DNA of 64,000 nt from an uncultured Ignavibacteriales bacterium (GTDB lineage: Bacteria; Zixibacteria; MSB-5A5; GN15; JAAZOE01), in the NCBI GenBank assembly GCA_964611355.1, contig CAZSYD010000009.1, forward strand, positions 1 to 64,000, read 5' to 3'. Positions 9,594 to 19,136 of this stretch are shown in pieces (the first letter of the stretch is position 1; the number at the start of each line of letters is the position of its first letter). The position numbers were made by a program, and so were the translations under genes. A model generated the notes under the pieces. That model made no database searches. It worked only from the letters and a program-made list of their open reading frames with translations, and was not told where the DNA came from.

Positions 9594-9716
9594 TCGAGTC
9601 CCGCCCGGATAATATTTCCGAATTTATCCTTGCCGTGTCATCACGAGCATTTTGTGTCATGTCGCATCCTATTGTCCCGTAACGAATAACCCGAACGGAC
9701 ATTTTCCCGCGATTTG

Positions 9717-9732
9717 CGGCACACCAATTGCC
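9717..9732 (+). promoter_or_regulatory. sigma54 -24/-12 promoter of the flgF operon
   Basis: CGGCAC-accaa-TTGCC, GG-N10-GC, about 25 nt before the flgF ATG. Confidence 0.7.
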
Positions 9733-9756
9733 AATAGATCAAGTGGAGGAATAGGT

Positions 9757-10494
9757 ATGCTTAAAGGTATCTATAAAGCCGCTTCGGGGATGATCCCGCG
9801 TGTGAAACAGCAGGAGATCACGGCCAACAACATCGCCAACGCTTCCACCGCCGGATACAAGAAAGATTCGATCTTTCTTCAGGAACTGAATGCCGCGCGG
9901 CGAGCCAGCCTGCCGCGTAAGTCAGACTGGGAACAGCCGATGATCGACCAGGTATATACCGATTACTCGCAGGGAACCTTTGAAAGAACCGGCAATTCCC
10001 TTGATGTGGCTATTAACGGCGAGGGATTCTTCATTTTGGAAAGTCCCGAAGGCGAGGGTAGGATTTATACCCGTAACGGAAGTTTTTCCACCGATCTTGA
10101 CGGCTTCCTGGTCAACAGTGAAGGATTTCACGTCCTCGGCGACGGTGGCCCGATTGAGATCGGTAACGGCGCTGTGACGGTAAGTGAAACTGGCGACGTG
10201 CTGGCCGACGATAATCAGGTCGGACGAATCCAGGTAGTCGAGTTTGCGGATAAATCAGTATTGGCCAAGAAGGGCACATCAGGTTTTGCCGCCGACGATG
10301 GAATCGAACCGACGCTCTCCGCCAACTACACCGTCCGGCAGGGTTTTCTGGAGCGGGCCAATATCAACGTCGTCAAAGAGATGGTCAGAATGATTATTAC
10401 TCTGCGCAACTACGAGACCGGCTCCAAGGCGATTCAAATGCAGAATGATTCGCTCAATGTTCTTTTTAACCAGGTCGGTAGAACGAGAATGTAA
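9757..10494 (+). CDS. flgF: basal-body rod protein FlgF
   Basis: ANNIANASTAGYK, TGNSLDVAINGEGFF, YTRNG, QGFLERAN. ATG at 9757 with a GGAGG RBS. Confidence 0.9.
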   Translation: MLKGIYKAASGMIPRVKQQEITANNIANASTAGYKKDSIFLQELNAARRASLPRKSDWEQPMIDQVYTDYSQGTFERTGNSLDVAINGEGFFILESPEGEGRIYTRNGSFSTDLDGFLVNSEGFHVLGDGGPIEIGNGAVTVSETGDVLADDNQVGRIQVVEFADKSVLAKKGTSGFAADDGIEPTLSANYTVRQGFLERANINVVKEMVRMIITLRNYETGSKAIQMQNDSLNVLFNQVGRTRM

Positions 10495-10511
10495 ATAAAA
10501 AAGGTAGTACC

Positions 10512-11300
10512 ATGATTAAAGCGATGAACACGGCCGCCACCGGCATGGCGGCGCAGCAGATGAATATCGACAACATAGCCAACAACTTGGCTAACATTAA
10601 CACCACCGGTTTCAAGAAAGGCCGGGTGGAGTTTCAGGATATTCTCTATCAAAATTTCCGAAAGGCGGGCACCGCTTCAGCGCTCGGCGCCATGATTCCA
10701 ACCAATCTTGACATAGGGCATGGGGTCAAGGCGGTTGCCACAACCCGCGAGTTTTCGACCGGCGCGACATTGATTACCCAGAACCCGACTGATATGGCTA
10801 TCGCTGGTAATGGTTTTTTTCAGGTGCAGATGCCGGACGGCACCACGGCTTATACCCGGGACGGTTCCTTTAAGATTGCCTATGACGGCACTATCGTTAC
10901 GGCCGACGGCTTTGCCATGATACCGGAGATTACCATTCCCGAGGATGCCACCGATATATCGGTCGGTATTGACGGCGAGGCGTTTGTCATGGTTGCCGGC
11001 AGCGAAGCGCCGCAGCAGATCGGTCAGGTGGAGCTGGCCAAATTTATTAATCCTGCCGGGCTTTCCGCCGTAGGGCACAATCTCCTTCTGGAAACGCCCG
11101 CTTCCGGCGCCCCGATAACCGGCACTCCGACGACTGAAGGATTGGGCCGAATTGATCAGGGGCATCTGGAGAATTCCAATGTTTCCGTGGTGGATGAGAT
11201 GGTCAACATGATACTGGCGCAGCGGTCGTACGAGATCAACTCCAAGGTCATTCAGGCGTCCGATGAAATGTCTCAGATCACCAATAATCTGAAGAGGTAA
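10512..11300 (+). CDS. flgG: distal rod protein FlgG
   Basis: ANNLANINTTGFKK, FQDILYQ, YTRDGSF, LENSNVSVVDEMVNMILAQRSYE. Confidence 0.96.
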   Translation: MIKAMNTAATGMAAQQMNIDNIANNLANINTTGFKKGRVEFQDILYQNFRKAGTASALGAMIPTNLDIGHGVKAVATTREFSTGATLITQNPTDMAIAGNGFFQVQMPDGTTAYTRDGSFKIAYDGTIVTADGFAMIPEITIPEDATDISVGIDGEAFVMVAGSEAPQQIGQVELAKFINPAGLSAVGHNLLLETPASGAPITGTPTTEGLGRIDQGHLENSNVSVVDEMVNMILAQRSYEINSKVIQASDEMSQITNNLKR

Positions 11301-11983
11301 TGATGCGTAGATTTCTTATTGTTCTGGCCGTGCTGGGGCTGGCGGCTCCACTCTGGGGCGGCGGAAGTCTGGAGCAGTACCTCGTTGAAAAGCTGTTGAG
11401 CGATTATCAACTTGATCCGGAATATGTCAAGATTACGCTTCACCGATCCGGCCTGGCGCATGATGACATGACCGGATTCGAGGTCAAAGCGTATCCTCTG
11501 ACCCAATCCGCTCCACGTGGACGCTTTCCGATGAGGGTAGAGCTGTATCGAAACGGCGCTTTGGCGGATAAAGGTTCGGTTTCACTTGATGTGCGCCTTA
11601 AGGCAGACTTTCCGGTTCCGGTGCGAAACATCAAACGTTACGAAATTCTCACTGCCGATATGTTCACCATCAAACGATTTGACATTACTTCCCTGACGGA
11701 AAAGGTATTGACCGACTGCTCGCATCTGGAGGGGTGCCGGGCCAAGCATAATCTCATTGCCGGAAGGCTTGTTTCAATGTCGCGTATCGAAAAAATGCCG
11801 GTTGTGGAAAAAGGCGCAACCGTCGCCATTGTCGGCAGAAGCGGACGTCTTGAAATACGGGCCCGGGGAATCGCTCTGCAAAACGGGAATATCGGCCAGA
11901 CGATTAAGATCAGAAATATAGATTCCCGCAAGATTGTGGCGGCCAGGGTGGCCGGTTCCGGCACGGTGGAAATTGATCTTTGA
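11300..11983 (+). CDS. flgA: P-ring formation chaperone FlgA
   Basis: Signal peptide, SAF domain, GIALQNGNIGQTIKIRNIDS. Confidence 0.88.
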   Translation: MMRRFLIVLAVLGLAAPLWGGGSLEQYLVEKLLSDYQLDPEYVKITLHRSGLAHDDMTGFEVKAYPLTQSAPRGRFPMRVELYRNGALADKGSVSLDVRLKADFPVPVRNIKRYEILTADMFTIKRFDITSLTEKVLTDCSHLEGCRAKHNLIAGRLVSMSRIEKMPVVEKGATVAIVGRSGRLEIRARGIALQNGNIGQTIKIRNIDSRKIVAARVAGSGTVEIDL

Positions 11984-12000
11984 GGGTTATGGAGGACGGG

Positions 12001-12588
12001 ATGAACATAAAAAGGATTTTAATAGCAACTTTGATATTCGTGCTGCTGCCTTTTACGATAAAGGTAATGGGCGGCGATTTCGGGCAGTCAGCTTCGCTTT
12101 TTACCGATATAAAAGCGCAAAAAGTGGGGGATATTCTGACGGTCAACATTTACGAAAATACGCAGGCGACCAATAAGACCGAGACCAAGACCGAGAAAGC
12201 CGGCAAATTTTCGACGTCTGGCGGGCCGGGGACCGGCATCCTCGATTTTATCCCTCTCTTTGGAGCCCAAGGTGAAAATAAGAACAGTTTTGACGGCAAA
12301 GGCGAAAATCTCCGCAATCGCAACCTGAGGGCGCGGATGTCGGTGACGGTCGTGGCGGTCAAGGAAAATGGCGATCTGGTTATCGAGGGAAGCCGCACCG
12401 TGGGTATCACCACCGACCAGGAAACGCTTAACCTGACCGGCGTCGTCCGGCAGCGCGACATCAATCCGGATAACAGCATTGATTCCTATTTAATCGCCGA
12501 CGCCAAGATTACATACCGCGGCAAAGGCGCGATCAGTGACGGCAGCCGGCCCGGGCCGATTATACGGTTTCTTAACTGGCTGTTTTAG
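12001..12588 (+). CDS. flgH: L-ring protein FlgH
   Basis: SLFTDIKA..VGDILTV, NGDLVIEG, GVVRQRDI, IADAKI. GGAGG RBS before ATG 12001. Confidence 0.92.
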   Translation: MNIKRILIATLIFVLLPFTIKVMGGDFGQSASLFTDIKAQKVGDILTVNIYENTQATNKTETKTEKAGKFSTSGGPGTGILDFIPLFGAQGENKNSFDGKGENLRNRNLRARMSVTVVAVKENGDLVIEGSRTVGITTDQETLNLTGVVRQRDINPDNSIDSYLIADAKITYRGKGAISDGSRPGPIIRFLNWLF

Positions 12589-12596
12589 GGGATGAC

Positions 12597-13706
12597 ATGA
12601 AGATCGTAAAACGTATTCTGGCGATAATCATTTTGCTTTTGTTCTGCGTCGGCAACTTGTCGGCCAGTTCGGTTCGCATCAAGGATATCAGCTATTATCA
12701 GAATGACGCCGAGATTGATCTGATCGGATACGGCCTGATTATCGGCCTTGACGGAACCGGCGACGGCAAGGGAACGCAGTTTACCATTCAATCGCTGGTA
12801 AACATGATGGAAAGGATGGGGCTGACGGTTGACGCGAAACAGGTCAAGGTCAAGAACGTCGCCGCCGTGATGGTAACCGCCAGGATCAACTCATCGCATA
12901 AGCCCGGCTCCCGAATTGATGTCACCGTTTCTTCCGTGGGCGACGCGTCTTCTCTTCAGGGTGGTACGCTGCTTATGACGCCGCTTTCCTCTCTCGACGG
13001 AACGGTCTACGCCGTGGCGCAGGGGGCGGTCTCCATCGGCGGCTTTAACGTGCAGCTCGAAGACGGTAATAAAATCGTGAACAATTATACCCTTGTGGGC
13101 CATATCCCCGGCGGCGCTCTGGTGCAAAAGCAACCGCCGGAAACCGGCAGCGGTAAAGATCTTTATCTGGCCCTGATTCATCCCGACTACACAACCGCTT
13201 CACGGATCGTCAATCGGATCAACCGCGAGTATGGTTTGACCGCTTATGCCGTCGATGAAGGCGCTGTCCGGGTCAGGGTGCCCGATTCACTGTCGCATCC
13301 CAACGACCGGATCAGGTTTCTATCCACTATTGGCCGCTTGCGTGTGTCGCCGGACGCTGTCGCCAGGGTAGTTATAAACGAAAAGACCGGAACCATTGTG
13401 GCCGGTCAGCATGTTTCCATTGCGCCCGTGGCCCTGGCGCACGGCAACCTGACTATCAATATACGCACCTATCCGGTGATTTCTCAGCCGAACGCTTTCT
13501 CCGAGGGCGAAACGGTGACTACTACCGAATCGCAGGTGACGGCCAAGGAAGAAATCGCGCGGGTATTGAAATTCCCGGAAGTGGTCACTATTTCACAAAT
13601 CGCAACGGCCCTCAACAATATGGGAGTAACGCCGAGGGATATCATTGCCATTTTCCAGGCGTTGAAGGAAACCGGGGCCTTGCGGGCGGAGCTGGTGTTA
13701 ATGTAG
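12597..13706 (+). CDS. flgI: P-ring protein FlgI
   Basis: RIKDI, LIGYGLIIGLDGTGD, KNVAAVMVTA, SLQGGTLLMTPL, INEKTGTIV. Confidence 0.96.
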   Translation: MKIVKRILAIIILLLFCVGNLSASSVRIKDISYYQNDAEIDLIGYGLIIGLDGTGDGKGTQFTIQSLVNMMERMGLTVDAKQVKVKNVAAVMVTARINSSHKPGSRIDVTVSSVGDASSLQGGTLLMTPLSSLDGTVYAVAQGAVSIGGFNVQLEDGNKIVNNYTLVGHIPGGALVQKQPPETGSGKDLYLALIHPDYTTASRIVNRINREYGLTAYAVDEGAVRVRVPDSLSHPNDRIRFLSTIGRLRVSPDAVARVVINEKTGTIVAGQHVSIAPVALAHGNLTINIRTYPVISQPNAFSEGETVTTTESQVTAKEEIARVLKFPEVVTISQIATALNNMGVTPRDIIAIFQALKETGALRAELVLM

Positions 13707-14609
13707 ATGAAAATACCGGTGCAACAATTTCATCCGGTCTCTCCGAACGGGTCGAAAGTGAGATCTATAAAGGACGCCGGGGATTCGCTTAAGGCGAAGA
13801 AGATGCGTCTCAGTAAAGCCACCCGGGAATTCGAGTCGTTTTTCATCCTGCATATGCTCAAAGCGATGCGCAAGACTATTCCCAAAACTAATCTTATGGG
13901 GGGTAGCCTCGGTCAGGATATTTATACTTCGCTTTTCGACGAGGAACTGTCTAAAAAGATGGTTGGTAATTCGTCCCGCAGCCTTGCCGATGTGCTGTAT
14001 AGATCGCTCGAAAAGCATTTAGAGGCTTCGGAAAGCAAAGAGTCGGATGCTGGTCCGGTCGAAATCAATACGAAAATCGAGGATAAAGGTTTTGAACATC
14101 TCGCATCCGGCCGTCGGTTTGCCGAAACGTCGCCGGTTTCCACTGAAAACGCAGGAAACTCCCCGATAACTCCGCCGGGTCTCTATAAATCAAAACCGAA
14201 AACCTCCGCCGATCCTGTCCTGGAAAAGTATGGTTCAATTATTGAGAAGGCATCACGGAGTCACAATGTTGATCCCCGTCTGATCTATTCGGTTATCATG
14301 GCTGAATCGGGCGGCAAAGCCGATGCCATATCATCCAAAGGCGCCAGGGGGCTGATGCAACTGATGGACAGTACGGCTTCGGAAATGGGCGTCGCCGACA
14401 GCCTGAACCCGGACCAGAATATCGTAGGCGGCACCAAATATCTCCGTCAGCTTCTGGATAGATACAATGGCAATATAAAGCTGGCGCTGGCGGCTTATAA
14501 CGCCGGACCGGGGGTTGTTTCAGAATACAACGGTATTCCACCTTATTCTGAAACAAGGCATTACGTCGAAAAAGTGTTGGGAAGTCTCTATAGTCTCAAA
14601 AAACGATAG
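13707..14609 (+). CDS. flgJ: FlgJ-type rod-binding domain fused to an SLT lytic transglycosylase
   Basis: N-terminal FESFFILHMLKAMRKT rod-binding motif; C-terminal AESGG..AISSKGARGLMQL and ALAAYNAG SLT motifs. Confidence 0.85.
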   Translation: MKIPVQQFHPVSPNGSKVRSIKDAGDSLKAKKMRLSKATREFESFFILHMLKAMRKTIPKTNLMGGSLGQDIYTSLFDEELSKKMVGNSSRSLADVLYRSLEKHLEASESKESDAGPVEINTKIEDKGFEHLASGRRFAETSPVSTENAGNSPITPPGLYKSKPKTSADPVLEKYGSIIEKASRSHNVDPRLIYSVIMAESGGKADAISSKGARGLMQLMDSTASEMGVADSLNPDQNIVGGTKYLRQLLDRYNGNIKLALAAYNAGPGVVSEYNGIPPYSETRHYVEKVLGSLYSLKKR

Positions 14610-14627
14610 GTCAATAACGGTTTGGGC

Positions 14628-14655
14628 TAAAGGGAATTAGATAAGATACCGAAAA
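14628..14655 (+). promoter_or_regulatory. putative sigma28 promoter of flgN-flgK
   Basis: TAAA-N16-ACCGAAAA. Confidence 0.55.
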
Positions 14656-14662
14656 ATAATAT

Positions 14663-15169
14663 ATGGATGGATCCCTGGAAAAACTATTGGACAAACTCAT
14701 CAGTGTTATCGGTGAAGAGGCGGAGCTGTTCGAAGAGTTCCTGCAACTTCTGGAACAACAACAGAAGGCCTTGATTAACAATGACGCCGAGAACCTGAAA
14801 AATGCAACCGGTCAGTTGCATAACGTGGTGGCCCGATCCCAGCAGTTGGAAAAAGACCGCGCTGATGTCGTTGAAGAAATCCGCCTTCTCAACGGCGCCG
14901 AGGATGACCTGAACGTGTCGAAAATATGCGACATGGCCGATTCGCAACGCTCGGTGCAACTCAGGAACCTGAGAGAAACTATTCTCAACCTGTACGGCAG
15001 TATAGAAGAAACGCGGATGCGCAACGGACTGCTGGTGGAGCAGTCGTTGGAACAGATTCGGAATACGATTGAAATTATGGGTCGAATTCCGGCTCGTAAG
15101 GATACTTATAAAAAACAGGGAGGCGTTTCGAGAGAATATGTCCCCCTGGGAGTTGACAGGAGAGTCTAA
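14663..15169 (+). CDS. flgN: flagellar chaperone FlgN
   Basis: Helical protein with the family pattern (LLEQQQKALI..D, N..LVEQSL), directly before flgK. Confidence 0.82.
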   Translation: MDGSLEKLLDKLISVIGEEAELFEEFLQLLEQQQKALINNDAENLKNATGQLHNVVARSQQLEKDRADVVEEIRLLNGAEDDLNVSKICDMADSQRSVQLRNLRETILNLYGSIEETRMRNGLLVEQSLEQIRNTIEIMGRIPARKDTYKKQGGVSREYVPLGVDRRV

Positions 15170-15171
15170 GG

Positions 15172-16566
15172 ATGGCGGGACTTTTTCAGGCCCTTGAGAT
15201 TGGTAAGAGAGCCCTTCTGACCCATCAGTTATCAATGACCACGATCGGCCACAATGTTGCCAACGTGAACACGCCCGGCTATACCCGGCAGAAGACACGG
15301 GTAACCGCCGCCCAGGCGATTGAACTTGGAGCCTTTAATATCGGCAATGGAGTAACCGTCGATGAGGTTTATCATGTTCGTGACCTTTTTCTGACCGACC
15401 GGTTTCGCAGGGAAAACAGATCACTCGGTCAATGGTCTTTTCAGGAAAAGGCGCTGACTCAAATTGAGACTTTCTTTGCCGAGCCGAGCGACGATAGTTT
15501 GGGAAATATCCTTGACCAGTTTTGGGAGAGCTGGTCTGCGTTGTCGAATGATCCGGAATTGCAGGCGGCGCGGGCGGCCGTCATATCCCAGAGCAAGACG
15601 CTGGTAAATGCTTTCCATTCGCTTGACCGGCAACTGCGAGAACTTCACGATTCCACCGATAAGACTCTGGAAACGCAAGTCGGGGAAATAAACCGGATTA
15701 CCGGTCAGATTGCCGATCTCAATCGTCTAATCGTCGGGGAAGAACTTGGCGGCCAAAAAGCCAACGACCTGCGCGACCGCAGGGATTACCTTATAGACGG
15801 GCTTTCAAAGCTGGTCGATGTTACAACGCGGGAAGAGCCCAGCGGTTCCGTCAGTGTCTATATCAGCGGTTTGGCTATTGTCGAAAACGCCGATACGTTT
15901 GAGCTTGGGACGAAAATCAACTCTACCGGCAAACAGGTCAGGCGTGATATCGTCTGGAAAGATACCGACACCCAAATCAGAATCACCGGCGGCGAGTTAA
16001 AAGGCATCCTGATTGCAAGGGACGAGATTATTCCCGATTGTATGGATCAGCTTGACGACCTGGCGGCCACTATCGTGAGCGAGGTAAACTCTCTCCACCG
16101 CGCCGGAACCGATTTGAACGGTATGACAGGGTTAAACTTCTTTAATTCTGCCTACGCTGAAGCTGGTACGATCAGACTGGAAACAAACATTGAAAACGAT
16201 CCGTCAAAAATCGCGGCCTCATCAAGCGGTGAACCTGGGGATAATGCCAATGCGCTGGCCATACATGCTTTGCGCTACGAACAGGTCATGTCCGGCGGCA
16301 AAACCAATTTTGCCGGGTTTTATAATTCGATGATCAGTTCCATTGGCGTTTCATCGAACGAAGCGAAAACATACAAGGGAAATTTTGAAGTAATGATTCA
16401 GCAGATAGAGAATTCACGCCAGTCGGTGCAGGGCGTTTCATTGGACGAAGAAATGGCCGAAATGGTCAGGATGGAACACGCTTTCAATGCTGCGGCCAGG
16501 CTGATAACCTTCATCGACGAAGCGCTCGGCGACCTTATCCAGGGAATGGGTGTCGTCGGCCGATAA
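15172..16566 (+). CDS. flgK: hook-associated protein FlgK
   Basis: GHNVANVNTPGYTRQ, ANDLRDRRD, GVSLDEEM. Confidence 0.95.
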   Translation: MAGLFQALEIGKRALLTHQLSMTTIGHNVANVNTPGYTRQKTRVTAAQAIELGAFNIGNGVTVDEVYHVRDLFLTDRFRRENRSLGQWSFQEKALTQIETFFAEPSDDSLGNILDQFWESWSALSNDPELQAARAAVISQSKTLVNAFHSLDRQLRELHDSTDKTLETQVGEINRITGQIADLNRLIVGEELGGQKANDLRDRRDYLIDGLSKLVDVTTREEPSGSVSVYISGLAIVENADTFELGTKINSTGKQVRRDIVWKDTDTQIRITGGELKGILIARDEIIPDCMDQLDDLAATIVSEVNSLHRAGTDLNGMTGLNFFNSAYAEAGTIRLETNIENDPSKIAASSSGEPGDNANALAIHALRYEQVMSGGKTNFAGFYNSMISSIGVSSNEAKTYKGNFEVMIQQIENSRQSVQGVSLDEEMAEMVRMEHAFNAAARLITFIDEALGDLIQGMGVVGR

Positions 16567-16606
16567 TAAATAATATCGTTCCGCTTGTGGCGCCACGGAG
16601 GGTGAT

Positions 16607-16921
16607 GTGCTGATATTAACACGGAAGTTGGGGGAGTCGATTACCATTGGCGACGACATAAAGGTAACCGTCCTGGGCATATACGGTCGTCAGGTAAGGC
16701 TTGGCATCGAGGCTCCTTTGAAGGTGGTGGTTCACCGCGAAGAGATTTATGTCAAGATTCAAAATGAAAACCAGAAAGCGGCCAAAACAATTAAGGAAGA
16801 CCTGGCTAACGTGATGCAGGCGCTTAAGGGAAAGCTGAAGAAAGGGGAAAGCCGGGCCGGTAAATCGCCGGAGATTAAGTTTAGGAAGGACAATGAACGG
16901 GGATCGCATCCTCGCAATTGA
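16607..16921 (+). CDS. csrA: carbon storage regulator CsrA with C-terminal extension
   Basis: [18 protein letters not shown]...VHREEIY; GGAGGG RBS, GTG start. Confidence 0.95.
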   Translation: MLILTRKLGESITIGDDIKVTVLGIYGRQVRLGIEAPLKVVVHREEIYVKIQNENQKAAKTIKEDLANVMQALKGKLKKGESRAGKSPEIKFRKDNERGSHPRN

Positions 16922-17109
16922 TGAAGATGGGAATATTATTCGGTAAAAACAAGAAGAAATTATCTACGGGTGAAGACCCCGTAGCCGGGTACGGCAGGTT
17001 GCTGCGCCGGAAAAAAGAAAAAACCGGTTTTAGCCGGGAGAAACCCTCGTTTCTGGCCCGAATTTTCAGGTCGGGCTGTGACCGGGACTTCGTCTATTAT
17101 GAAGATTAA
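16921..17109 (+). CDS. small basic hypothetical protein
   Basis: ORF fills the csrA-flgL gap; ATG overlaps the csrA stop. No motif recognised. Confidence 0.4.
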   Translation: MKMGILFGKNKKKLSTGEDPVAGYGRLLRRKKEKTGFSREKPSFLARIFRSGCDRDFVYYED

Positions 17110-17124
17110 GACGAAAGGCAGCCG

Positions 17125-19116
17125 ATGCGTATAACCAGTCAGATGATAATGGACAGGACGATTTTCAACCTGTCCCGAAATGTGGCCCGGTTAATGGAGA
17201 TCGAAAGCATGCTTTCCACCGGGCGGCGGATTAACACTCCCTCCGACGATCCGATAGGAACTCAGTACACTCTCAATTACCGGACCCGCCTGAACGAAAT
17301 AGCCCAGTATCAGGCCAACATCAATAAGGGTATCGGCCGTTTGTCGGTCTATGAAGAGGGCCTGAATGATTTCAATGATTGCTTTAGTTCCGCCAATCAA
17401 CTGGCTATCGAAATGGTCAATGATTCAAACGATGCGGAGGCTCGCGAGGCGGCCGCCAACGTTGTCGATTCGCTTTTGCAGCAGGTGATTGGAATCGTCA
17501 ACTCGCAGGTTGACGGGCGATATGTCTATTCAGGTCATAAAACCAATACTCGATCCCTGGACATGGGCGTCAACGGGGTAACCTACAAAGGCGACAACGG
17601 GAACATCGACATGGAAATCGAAGTCGGCATGCGTGTCAAATCGAACCTGATCGGTAGTGAAATATCCTTCAAGCAACTACTTACTCTCGGCGAAAACGCC
17701 GATCTCAGGGTCGGGCTCACAGGAGATACGCTGATTGCCGATCTTAATATGGGCGCCGGCGTTGAATCCACCCCGGGAACATTTCGAATCGTCGATAACA
17801 ACGGCGTAAATCCGCCGATAGATTTGAATATCAATGTTCCGCCAAACAGCACCGTCGGCGAAATTATAAATGATATAAACGGGCAGTTGGCCGGCAACGG
17901 CAATATTCTTTCGTTGAAAATCGCGGATTTGGGAGGCGCTCTCGAATGGGTTACATCCATCACCGGCGATACCCTGCTGGCCAACCTGAATGACGGAGCG
18001 GGTGTTGATCAGTCGGCTCCGGGAACGTTTCGTATTCGCGACGGAGCGTCAACTTTCTCTATTGATATTGACATTTCGGCGGCCGTAACCGTTGGCGACG
18101 TTGTCACGGCTATCCAGACCGCGCTGGATGCCGATCCAAATGTACCGGCCGGTTCCGTCACGGTCGAAATAAACGAGACCGGCACGGGGCTGGTTATCAC
18201 CGATACCAATCAACCACCGCTGGACCTGCTGGTGGAGGATATCGGGGCCGGTACGAAGGCGGCCGACTTGGGAATCATCGGCAATATCGATCCGGTTCTG
18301 GCAGGAACCGACCTGATCAGTCCTCCGGATTTCGATATCAGCGATATCGGCGCGCAAATCACCGGCGCTGATCTGGGTTTGTTGGGCAATATCACAAAGG
18401 ACACGACAGGCGAGGATATTTCACCCCAACTTGCTCTTATGACAACCCTCGCGTCATTGAACAACGGGCTGGGGTTCAACCTGGGCAAGATAAAAATTTC
18501 GCAGGGAGATCAAACGAGTGTCATCGATTTGAGCAATATTGCCGATCTGGACTCCGATGGCAATATAACCGTATCCGACCTGCTGGCCACGATCAATAGC
18601 GAACCCGGACTTCTGATAGAGGCTTCCATAAACGAAGCTCGCACCGGTATTCAAATCGTGCCCACTATAATTGACCCTGATACCGGCCTTGAGATCGTTT
18701 CCGATGTGGCTGACCGGTCGCTGATAATCGAGAATTTCAGCGCAAGCGATGATACCGCCCGGGTTCTGGGCATCGAAGGCTCGCCGGATAAACTCGGTTC
18801 ACTCATACTTCTGGGCACTGCCCTGCATCAGAATGATAATGACCTGATCGGTAAACTGATCAATAATATGGATGTATCGATGGGTCACCTGCTGGCCGCA
18901 AGGGCGGAAGTCGGGGCCAGAATGAAAAATATGGAAACCACGCTGCATCGTCTGGAAGATACCGACGTTCATGTCACCAAAATGTTGTCGGACGTTCAGG
19001 ATGCGGATATCATCACGCTGGTAAGCGATCTGGCGCGGGAAGAAAACCTGTATCAGGCGGCTCTTCTGGCCAGTTCCAAAACCATTCAGCTGTCGCTTGT
19101 GGATTTCTTGATATAG
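17125..19116 (+). CDS. flgL: hook-associated protein FlgL with a large repeat insertion
   Basis: LSTGRRINTPSDDP, GRYVYSG, RAEVGARM, YQAAL...QLSLVDFL. Confidence 0.92.
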   Translation: MRITSQMIMDRTIFNLSRNVARLMEIESMLSTGRRINTPSDDPIGTQYTLNYRTRLNEIAQYQANINKGIGRLSVYEEGLNDFNDCFSSANQLAIEMVNDSNDAEAREAAANVVDSLLQQVIGIVNSQVDGRYVYSGHKTNTRSLDMGVNGVTYKGDNGNIDMEIEVGMRVKSNLIGSEISFKQLLTLGENADLRVGLTGDTLIADLNMGAGVESTPGTFRIVDNNGVNPPIDLNINVPPNSTVGEIINDINGQLAGNGNILSLKIADLGGALEWVTSITGDTLLANLNDGAGVDQSAPGTFRIRDGASTFSIDIDISAAVTVGDVVTAIQTALDADPNVPAGSVTVEINETGTGLVITDTNQPPLDLLVEDIGAGTKAADLGIIGNIDPVLAGTDLISPPDFDISDIGAQITGADLGLLGNITKDTTGEDISPQLALMTTLASLNNGLGFNLGKIKISQGDQTSVIDLSNIADLDSDGNITVSDLLATINSEPGLLIEASINEARTGIQIVPTIIDPDTGLEIVSDVADRSLIIENFSASDDTARVLGIEGSPDKLGSLILLGTALHQNDNDLIGKLINNMDVSMGHLLAARAEVGARMKNMETTLHRLEDTDVHVTKMLSDVQDADIITLVSDLAREENLYQAALLASSKTIQLSLVDFLI

Positions 19117-19136
19117 TCGGGAAATAGGGGAAAGAA

